DNA of 64,000 nt from the NCBI GenBank assembly GCA_043745805.1, contig JAYTSD010000031.1, positions 82,731-146,730 of the forward strand, given 5' to 3'. Below are positions 56,901-64,000 of the stretch, piece after piece. The notes below the pieces were generated by a model. The model was not told where the DNA came from. It did no database searches and was given only the letters and a program-made list of their open reading frames with translations. Position 1 is the first letter of the stretch. Every line of letters begins with the position of its first letter. This DNA is from Fibrobacteria bacterium. GTDB lineage: Bacteria > Fibrobacterota > Fibrobacteria > UBA11236. A program made the position numbers and the translations under genes.

Positions 56901-59900
56901 TCTGGTTTATGTTATTACAAATCTGGAGAAGCTTATCACCCAAATTCCAATCAAACACCTTGTCATAGCGGTAGCCCAACCATGGACCCGCCTTTTGACG
57001 AGACCAAGCTAAGAGATTGGACTTCCATTCCCACAGAAATTGCCGATCGATTTAAGAGTAAGTATGTAGTGTTTTTGGGCAGATATGAAATGCCATTAAA
57101 CTCGGAAATTAATTTTACCCCATTGACCGCACCTGGAACGCCGAAGGAGTATGTATTGGAGGCACCGAGAATATTTGCTGAAGAATTTTACCCAATAGCA
57201 GCGGAAGACATTGACAAACAATATAACGTTTTAAACTATGGTATGAATTTTGGTTTTAGTTCTTGGTCTGTCTATGATGATCCAGGTTCAACTACCGATC
57301 CAAAATTTAAAGAGCCTGTGTTTGTTAAATCTAACCTGAACCGAATAAGTTGTCCAAAAATGAAACGATGCTCATACCAAGTGGGAATAGCTTGGCCAAC
57401 GCCTTTTGTACATACTTATTTTAATCACCAGCTATGGGTACATACTATTCAGGCAAATTCTATTAGATATGATCTCAAAGTCCAACAAAAAAATACCACG
57501 CCATTGTTCGCAAGAATGTGGGCTGTTTATGATAAGGCTAATGGTAAACCAAAGGTTTTTGGTGATGGCGTACGCGTATCTCAAGTAACCTTTCGTGAAC
57601 CCTTTTCGAATAAAGCAAATATTTTTCATTATACTTATTACGATGCTGCCACACCAACCATGCCTAGTACAGGAATTAATTATTCCTTGGGTATAAAATT
57701 TAAAGATGCTCAGGGTACTAAAGCCTACTTAGGTAATCCCGCAGTATTAAATGGCAAAGTTGTTACTACCTATAATTATGGTAATGCAAGTAACTATTCT
57801 ACGGAATATAATTTTTTAACAAGCAAAGATCTTCCTGTTCAAATTAAAACAACTTCAATTAGTAATGTTGATAATTTAAATGGTGCATTTAAAATTCTTG
57901 ATCGCTCAGGACTATGGGGCAGTATGTGGAAATCAACTGACAAGGATAACCAAGGAAATATAGTTCGCGAAAACATCTCTCAATGGGCTTTGAGACTAGA
58001 TCCTACAACCAAAACAGCTATGGGTCTACCCACTAATGAATCCATGGGCTTAATTAAAAATGGGCAAACTGTATTAGTCGAAAATGACGGTATTACTGAT
58101 ATATATTCAGATAATACTATCGAAAAAAAATATTTCGGCATAACACAAAAGCTTTGGAGTAACCGTTATATCCCTCAAGGATGTGAGAATTTAAACGATG
58201 GAGCAACAGAGGATTTTTGTATAAAAGCTTATAAGGGAGCCATTACAACTCAGATTGAAGTATTGAGATTTAATCCATTAATTCGCATGGATACTTTAAA
58301 ACAAGATGGCCTTAAAAAATATACTGAAAGTAATTTGTACGATTTTCAAACCGGTACTCCTTTATTACAAATTATGAATAACAAAAAAATAGATGGCTCA
58401 ACCGACTATATTGCAAGTTTACATGTTCCTGCGTACAAAATTTACCCGGAAATGAAAGACAGTAATATGCTATCGCAGGAATTTTCTGCAACTAATTTTC
58501 GTTTCACCACCAATCCTTCAACAAAAAAATTTATGGCATTAAGCCAAACCGATTTGAATCAGGTTACAGGTTCACAATTTACGGAATGGGAAAGTAACTC
58601 TTCAAAAAAGCCAATCTTATTTCGAAAAAAACAAGGTTTTGTTCTTCGAGACAAGACGAACTTTACCTTACCCACTAAAACATCGGTTTCCGATGTTAAA
58701 TGGGTATCACAGGGGATTAGCACTTATGATGATTTTGGACATGAAATAAACCTAAGTAGTAAAGTGGGTACTCAAGAAATTAATTCATCAAAGGTCTATG
58801 GATATGGCCCAAGCTTAACAACCGCTTATGCACAAAACGCAAAAAGTACGGAAATTTTTTATCAAAGTTTTGAAACCGACGAATACATAAAGCAGATTGT
58901 TGGTGGTAGTAGCTTATATCAAGCACGAGTTGGCATAAGGTCTAAAACCGGAAGTCAATCTATTAAAGTCGTTAATTGTATGGAACAAAATCCCTTGGGT
59001 ACTTTTGTGAAAAAAAGTGAATGCTTAGATACTCCACCGAATGGATATAATCAAAACCAAACCATGGTATGCTTTAATCTACCAAAACTGCCTGCCAACA
59101 ATAACTACATAGCCTCAGCTTGGTATTACGATGAATATCAAGGTTCCGATCCTAGTAATCCAAATAGTACAGTTTATACTGATAAAACTACTCAAGTAAC
59201 TCGCCCAGGAATATTCATTGGTCAAAGCCCAGGGATTGCTGTACAAAATTTCCCTAATGGAGTGAAGCTTGACCCACCTGAAACTGGATATCAAGCTGGA
59301 GCCGCTAATGGTGATTGGAATGCGGATCAAAGAGCCTTAGGAGATAAAAGATGGAAAAAAATATGGACCGAATTTCGACCTAATTCAACGGGAGTTTTAG
59401 CTAATGCTATGGTTTGCCTTTATGCGAATAAAGGTAAGCCAGGTTCTGATGTGTATTATGATGAGCTTCGCATAAAACCAAAAAACGCATTAATGACCAC
59501 TTATGCATATGATGCTCAAAGTAATATGATTTCCTCCGCGGATGCAAATCAAACCGTAACAAATTATGAGCATGATGCCTTTGGAAACCTGACTGGAATT
59601 CGCAATGAAAATGGATTACTGCTTAGTGAACAAGCAAAAAAATATGGTAACCAAAAAGAAACTTATCAAGTTTATCAAACAAATCAATATATTGATGGTT
59701 GTGAAGTAATCGCTTTGAATTCCACTCCGAATGGATATAATACCGATTTTGAATTTGTATCTACGGATCCAGTCGGAAAAGCAAGCTTTGATATAAAGAT
59801 CGGACCAAAAGGCGAAAAAATTAAAACATTGTGTTATACCGATTACTCTCAATTTAATCTCAAATTGCTTTTGCGGTCTACGGGACGAGTCACTAGTTTT

Positions 59901-60635
59901 TTTATTCCGGAGAGATCGGTTGGGCAATTACTCATAAACCAAAGGGCGGACGGCTTTTTTCCTGATACTTATGATGGTAAAATTCACCGTTTAGTTCCAA
60001 ATCCAAAGCAGTATGAATACAAGTATGATGTTGTTCACTTGCCATTAGAAGCAGAATTAAAACAAATGGGTATTATAAACACGTCAGACAAGCTTTTGAA
60101 ATACAGGATTTTACTAGAAATGACAAACATTAATTTTGAGATACCAGATTGTATATGTTACAGCAGTGATATTCCCACACGTGCAGGAGTTACAAATTCA
60201 AACTTTACTTATCGAATGCATTTAAAACACAATTACTTTGCATTGGATTTCAAATTAGACGGGTCTATTACTGGAACAACGGAAGATAACCCTATTTGGT
60301 CTAAATCAAGAGTTACTCCAAACATATTTGAAGTAATACGTTATGGTGAAACAAATATTCCGCTTCAAACTCCGTGGCGAAGTGACTACGATAAATTTAC
60401 TCTCACCAAAACAATTTTATGGGATGTAGCTAATGTGAATAAAGATTGGACCCCCGCAGAATTACAGGTAAGTGGAGAAGCTCTTTTAGCAACAACCCAT
60501 AAGGGAGTATTCGCCTTTGCATTATGGAGGCGTATCGTTGAAGGGATTCAAACCGGTATTCCTTGGGCTCCACCAAGAAATTCAAATCCAAATATTAAAC
60601 TAACTATCACACCTATCACGACACATTCACCATGA
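53970..60635 (+). CDS. Giant exported YD-repeat protein with SpvB/TcB-like N-terminus
   Basis: Signal peptide; VNLVTGGFTYSIPV...LNYHGG...ASWVGLGWN; W.ITSADG.KY.Y; AWLLTAI; DYWGY; MTTYAYD...TNYEHDAFGNL. Confidence 0.85.
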   Translation: MQKKSILITLLFLMGAVPSVFALSSGPTMPEYNDFESVGNTDLVNLVTGGFTYSIPVMTVPGPALGFPIVLNYHGGTRPEQEASWVGLGWNIQGGAITREVNNTPDDFKGIPIQEKINSTHIYGWQASIAWNGATVGVSYNSEQGYGGMVGYSYHIDGTPFSIGGQAGVNGVYEGVGITGGLSAGKAISGTPLSLGMGLSVGIHSKNGLTAGYNYGIQHSANPSKHIETSLSLASVGASLSSSRGVSAGASLGVSMSSSKSVQGVVSKLESNVTIPFYTPATGYIEFNWGNWDIYINGLQEDFYYGFLYSDDYGMDCVGAPCHNSTTTYARCDQCKNDRKMVKKMDFNTPSEFLQIQPGTEGSLKLGYTGEDVYSVQSQGMSGTFKPYRTEDGDYYTYLSNKDYTYQSGCKYIGDIIDITCDRTETVDYGAYFDGGFTKDGIVIPSRNSHSSVSSRKENIVWRFNEEAGGALYTDPDPTKRDLGSVVAASSKKITPIYDNGPIVGWVITSADGVKYLYSKAMYNIVEQEISAGTADLKEWTRRETPGYAYAWLLTAIYSTDYVRMVPPDESKPCKIGNEADCLPQDGDLGGWVKFTYTDPKVVNWKIPIGKAVSPSSYGLRTDVQRFSTSSGMKTVSYLKNIETPTHRADFFVAEDSRSDGIPPGLPEIGFELNHDTEIKPSGIYDPTQNEVCVGADGAVKTIPHTSYTLKIPVLGITNGLPSGTTISLLGRREILYKRTEFYWGGSFFRGYFAGIGPVCKSEFQDQLMLDPITLTDAMKDPADPTHFLVTIPNTSTLQNVRVVIGKIPLNQSLARLAYLHSITLVNKQFGEKSVGEARFAYDYSLAENTPNSESSWGNNQSGDKGRLTLKGIQIGASSTGPWNPPYTFSYSNTAIKYDVDKIDYWGYYCASCSELKKTPDGQADIWNLNKIITPSGSQIEVAYEPKTIDYTEGIPTVMDGDSVQNYFRINTDEIILSGLCYYKSGEAYHPNSNQTPCHSGSPTMDPPFDETKLRDWTSIPTEIADRFKSKYVVFLGRYEMPLNSEINFTPLTAPGTPKEYVLEAPRIFAEEFYPIAAEDIDKQYNVLNYGMNFGFSSWSVYDDPGSTTDPKFKEPVFVKSNLNRISCPKMKRCSYQVGIAWPTPFVHTYFNHQLWVHTIQANSIRYDLKVQQKNTTPLFARMWAVYDKANGKPKVFGDGVRVSQVTFREPFSNKANIFHYTYYDAATPTMPSTGINYSLGIKFKDAQGTKAYLGNPAVLNGKVVTTYNYGNASNYSTEYNFLTSKDLPVQIKTTSISNVDNLNGAFKILDRSGLWGSMWKSTDKDNQGNIVRENISQWALRLDPTTKTAMGLPTNESMGLIKNGQTVLVENDGITDIYSDNTIEKKYFGITQKLWSNRYIPQGCENLNDGATEDFCIKAYKGAITTQIEVLRFNPLIRMDTLKQDGLKKYTESNLYDFQTGTPLLQIMNNKKIDGSTDYIASLHVPAYKIYPEMKDSNMLSQEFSATNFRFTTNPSTKKFMALSQTDLNQVTGSQFTEWESNSSKKPILFRKKQGFVLRDKTNFTLPTKTSVSDVKWVSQGISTYDDFGHEINLSSKVGTQEINSSKVYGYGPSLTTAYAQNAKSTEIFYQSFETDEYIKQIVGGSSLYQARVGIRSKTGSQSIKVVNCMEQNPLGTFVKKSECLDTPPNGYNQNQTMVCFNLPKLPANNNYIASAWYYDEYQGSDPSNPNSTVYTDKTTQVTRPGIFIGQSPGIAVQNFPNGVKLDPPETGYQAGAANGDWNADQRALGDKRWKKIWTEFRPNSTGVLANAMVCLYANKGKPGSDVYYDELRIKPKNALMTTYAYDAQSNMISSADANQTVTNYEHDAFGNLTGIRNENGLLLSEQAKKYGNQKETYQVYQTNQYIDGCEVIALNSTPNGYNTDFEFVSTDPVGKASFDIKIGPKGEKIKTLCYTDYSQFNLKLLLRSTGRVTSFFIPERSVGQLLINQRADGFFPDTYDGKIHRLVPNPKQYEYKYDVVHLPLEAELKQMGIINTSDKLLKYRILLEMTNINFEIPDCICYSSDIPTRAGVTNSNFTYRMHLKHNYFALDFKLDGSITGTTEDNPIWSKSRVTPNIFEVIRYGETNIPLQTPWRSDYDKFTLTKTILWDVANVNKDWTPAELQVSGEALLATTHKGVFAFALWRRIVEGIQTGIPWAPPRNSNPNIKLTITPITTHSP

Positions 60636-60640
60636 GGGAC

Positions 60641-63600
60641 ATGATGCGTTCCATAGCAAAATTTTGGAAACCACTCCTTCTAATTGGAGCTGTAACACTT
60701 TCCTTCGGAGCTATTGCAACCGATTACAATTTGGTGACTTCTTTGACGTACCCTTCCGGTAACCTTATAAAAAATGGTTCCTTCGAAAACAACTATTCGG
60801 ATTTTGAATTTGAGGGATGGAGTCAAAGTTTATGGCCAGACTCTGATCCAAGTCATCAATATTATTTACCTTTGCCCGCGGAAAATACAGAGAAGCCATA
60901 TAATGGCCGCCGAATGGCCGGCATACAATTTTCTACTCCACCAACGGATCAAACTAAAGAGTTTTTATCTACTGAGCCTTTTCCTTTAGAACCAAATACT
61001 TGGTATACTTTTTTTATCCAATATAAAACCCTAAATTATACTCCAACTTCCTCTACGGCTGATAACCTTAGGGTGCATCCCATATTCAGAACATTAAAAA
61101 GTCGCAATGGCCTTATCGCGGATCTTGCTTCTGAAGAAATTCCAATGCCAGGATATCCGTCTCCAGATTATCGCAATGGTACCGGCTATGTCTCCAATTC
61201 TACTTGGCAAACTTATGCCTTTCGATTTAAAACTAATGTGGGAGTAAACTTCGGAGAAATTAGTTTACTCTATGGTCCGACAGCAAACATTACCGGAACA
61301 TTTTATTTTGATGATGCTTACCTCGTTAAAGGTTGTGTACGTTCGATTGCCAACGAAGTATTAACTTTAGGCTGCCCTACAAATGACGATGTACCATACG
61401 GTCAAGATATCCGTAATCCTGATTTCGTAGGGATATCACGAAAGTTTCTAAACAGCGATAATAAAATTGTACAAAACCTGACGCAAGCGGCGGGTAGAGA
61501 TATTGTAACCCAAACCAATTATGACGATTTGGGAAGAGTTTTACGGAAAACTTTACCTATTGGGGGTACTTTTGGCGTCAATACGCATAACTTTATTCCC
61601 AATATTACTACTGATTTTATTAATGGTGATTTCTTGGGAAATTTTTATAATCAATCGCTAGTAGCGGTTCCTAATGATCCTAAGACTGATGATGTACATA
61701 TAGACGATCCAATTTTAGGCAATGAAGCACCTCAATATCCGGAAGCGAATGGTGCTCCCTTTTCAGAATCTCGTTATGAGGATTCCCCACTAGGACGAGT
61801 TGTTGAATTGGCACAACCAGGTAATGCTTGGCGTATGAGTTCGGATCATACTGCAAAAATAAGTTATAGCTCCATCACCTATATGCCAAATCCAATAGTC
61901 GATCAATTACCTTTGGCCACAAATGGAGATGGCGAATTTTTTGTTAAGGAAACACGCTTTGTCGCAAAAACACCAGGAGTTGAAGATCAACAGACTAGAG
62001 AATTTACCGATAGAAATGGAAAGGTCATCCGTAAAAGCTCTCGCTTAACTACTGGTGGAGCAAGTCATTGGGTGACAACCGATTATATATATGATGATCT
62101 AGGAAATTTGAGTGAAATCGACGCCCCCAAAGATTCTCAAGGTAACCGATTAGTTACCTTCATGGAATACAATAATTTAAACCAGCTTGTCGCAGAAATA
62201 ACTCCTTCTACGGGGACGACTACTTTTATTTACGATGACTTGGGGCGCAAGCGTTTTTCCCAAACTGAAAAGCAAAGACTTGAACTTGAACCACACTTTT
62301 CTTTTGTTCGTTACGATATATTGGGGCGCATCACGCATAGCGGTGAGGCAAATGCCATTTATTATACTCCCGAAAAAGCGAATATCTTGGATTTTCCTTG
62401 CACCGCTAATTGCAGCGATCCTGCTTCTCAGTTATCTGCCAATGAAATCCATATACGCACAGTGGATCATTATGACAATGACAATGCACACCTCTCCTGT
62501 AATGCCACAGAAGAAATTTCAGGGAACGAATCCTCATCTGGTTCGGGTAATGGTGGTTCTTCATCCAGCAACCTCATTACTTTTCTCGCTAAAAATGTGA
62601 GCAATGGAAATGCCGTGGGCTGTTCCGAAAGTATTCTAAGTACATTCGAAGATGCAATATCCTCCACTCAAAGCCAAACGGGATCCATACAACTTCTCGC
62701 TATTTACAATCCATTAGGCGATGTATTTGTTACGCCACCCACCGGATCAGAAATCAATTTAAGCACCGACAATAAAACCCTAACTTTGGAAGCCATATCT
62801 TCCACGACTATTGATGGGACAAGCGCACAAACCTTATACAAAACTTGCCAAACCACTAAAGCGAATACGGCACAAGGCAATAGTTTTTTTGCAGGTCGCT
62901 TAGCCAAAACCTTAACCTGTAATTATGAAATGTCCAACTATTTAGCCGATAATGGCCCTCGCGAGGTGTCAAAAGCTTATGAATATGATAAATTTGGAAA
63001 CGTGACGAAACTTGTAGATATAAATCGCTATGTTACTACTGCCAGCAAGCAATCGCAAGCTACATTGAGCGAATACGATCCTTTAAACCGCGTAGTGAAA
63101 AAAACCGTTTGCGATGCGCTTAATTGCACCTCAACGAATAGCCATGTGGAAAAATTTGCATACGATCAATTGGGAAGAGTGTCGCGAGTGCTTAATGGTT
63201 TGGATAATGTGTTGGTGGATAATCACTACAATTACATCGGCCAGCTTTCCTATCGCGCTTTGGGCGCTTCGTTGAGTCAAACTTCGGCTTCGTCGCCTTA
63301 TCAAACCTTTAAATATCATTTGCATGGCGGATTACTCGAAAGTAATACTCGTAGAATAAATACCGGAGTATCCCTATTTGATGAAAAGCTGGCTTATGAA
63401 AATGGCCCCACTCCTCGCTTCGATGGAAATATTACGCAAACAATTTATGCTTACGATAGACTTTTTCCTGCGCAAAAAGATTTGACATACGCATATACTT
63501 ACGATAATTTGAGTCGTTTGGTGACAGCTGTTGATCATACAGGAAACGGCAGTTTTAATGATGAAACTAATGAGTATTTGGACGATGGACGCATTGATAT

Positions 63601-64000
63601 TATGACTCGTGGAACGCGTGTGGGTTTGTATGAGTACAATAATAAAGGTCAATTGAATAATATTTCGGGTAATTTAGTGGATGGTCGTAATATGCAGTTA
63701 CAGGCGGATGGTTCATCCCCTTTTGAATATTCTCCCAATGGTAACCTAGAAGTGGATCATTCGAAAAAGAAAGTAAATAATCCTTTAGAGATATTTTATC
63801 GCGATGACAATTTACCTTTTGCATTTGTTTATGACAGCCCCGATGCGATTGCAGGAGATGGCAAGCAAAATACCGTTTATATTGCTTATGATGAATCGGG
63901 CAGACGTATTAGCAAGGTTACCTATAATAATTTGGGCTGGACAGGGGCCAAGAATAGTTTTAGTTCGGGTAAGGAAGTACATGAAGCGGGTAGTCAAGTA
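60641..64000 (+). CDS. Rhs/YD-repeat protein (DUF6443-like N-terminal region), open at the window end; not in ORF track
   Basis: Manual translation of several segments, all in one frame: MMRSIAKFWKPLLLIGAVTLSFGAIA, NLIKNGSFE, YDDLGR, FSESRYEDSPLGRV...PG.AW, YIYDDLGNL, FVRYDILGR, YDESGRRISK; the frame is still open at 64000. Confidence 0.88.
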   Translation, partial: MMRSIAKFWKPLLLIGAVTLSFGAIATDYNLVTSLTYPSGNLIKNGSFENNYSDFEFEGWSQSLWPDSDPSHQYYLPLPAENTEKPYNGRRMAGIQFSTPPTDQTKEFLSTEPFPLEPNTWYTFFIQYKTLNYTPTSSTADNLRVHPIFRTLKSRNGLIADLASEEIPMPGYPSPDYRNGTGYVSNSTWQTYAFRFKTNVGVNFGEISLLYGPTANITGTFYFDDAYLVKGCVRSIANEVLTLGCPTNDDVPYGQDIRNPDFVGISRKFLNSDNKIVQNLTQAAGRDIVTQTNYDDLGRVLRKTLPIGGTFGVNTHNFIPNITTDFINGDFLGNFYNQSLVAVPNDPKTDDVHIDDPILGNEAPQYPEANGAPFSESRYEDSPLGRVVELAQPGNAWRMSSDHTAKISYSSITYMPNPIVDQLPLATNGDGEFFVKETRFVAKTPGVEDQQTREFTDRNGKVIRKSSRLTTGGASHWVTTDYIYDDLGNLSEIDAPKDSQGNRLVTFMEYNNLNQLVAEITPSTGTTTFIYDDLGRKRFSQTEKQRLELEPHFSFVRYDILGRITHSGEANAIYYTPEKANILDFPCTANCSDPASQLSANEIHIRTVDHYDNDNAHLSCNATEEISGNESSSGSGNGGSSSSNLITFLAKNVSNGNAVGCSESILSTFEDAISSTQSQTGSIQLLAIYNPLGDVFVTPPTGSEINLSTDNKTLTLEAISSTTIDGTSAQTLYKTCQTTKANTAQGNSFFAGRLAKTLTCNYEMSNYLADNGPREVSKAYEYDKFGNVTKLVDINRYVTTASKQSQATLSEYDPLNRVVKKTVCDALNCTSTNSHVEKFAYDQLGRVSRVLNGLDNVLVDNHYNYIGQLSYRALGASLSQTSASSPYQTFKYHLHGGLLESNTRRINTGVSLFDEKLAYENGPTPRFDGNITQTIYAYDRLFPAQKDLTYAYTYDNLSRLVTAVDHTGNGSFNDETNEYLDDGRIDIMTRGTRVGLYEYNNKGQLNNISGNLVDGRNMQLQADGSSPFEYSPNGNLEVDHSKKKVNNPLEIFYRDDNLPFAFVYDSPDAIAGDGKQNTVYIAYDESGRRISKVTYNNLGWTGAKNSFSSGKEVHEAGSQV

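Noticed and set aside
60774-63997. Short track ORFs in the last 3.3 kb
   Set aside because: Explained as off-frame or antisense shadows of the long Rhs ORF starting at 60641.
53970-64000. T6SS or complete Tc (ABC) toxin locus
   Set aside because: No VgrG, PAAR, Hcp or TcA-like gene in the window, and both YD proteins have Sec signal peptides.

Overview
The window has two parts. (1) Bases 1-38652 are the right-hand ~38.6 kb of a temperate, podovirus-like prophage whose left end lies outside the window. From left to right it carries a replication/nin-type module (+), a long morphogenesis operon (-; terminase, portal, scaffold, capsid, tail tube/nozzle, ejection proteins, fibres), and a cluster of small early ORFs containing a type I hammerhead ribozyme. 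These are followed by a secreted moron, a cI/cro-like switch, a Bet/RecT recombinase, xis and a tyrosine integrase, ending at the 3' half of a tRNA-Lys(CTT) (att site). (2) Bases 38871-64000 are host DNA: a T2SS/type IV pilus-like operon (-) transcribed divergently from a set of exported proteins. That set comprises a LamG+PA14+fibre-chaperone-like adhesin, OmpH/Skp, a lipoprotein, a 2221-aa SpvB/TcB-like YD protein and an Rhs protein that runs off the window. Protein style suggests an FCB-group (Fibrobacterota/Bacteroidota-like) host; this is inference. Two signals stand out. First, several genes inside the phage virion operon carry Sec signal peptides and are enriched in D-[S/T]-hydrophobic motifs matching the Bacteroidota O-glycosylation sequon, which hints at exported, host-glycosylated virion components. 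Second, the host locus looks like a dedicated T2SS-like export system for a split Rhs/Tc-like toxin shell. All family assignments are from motif recognition by eye; no searches were run.
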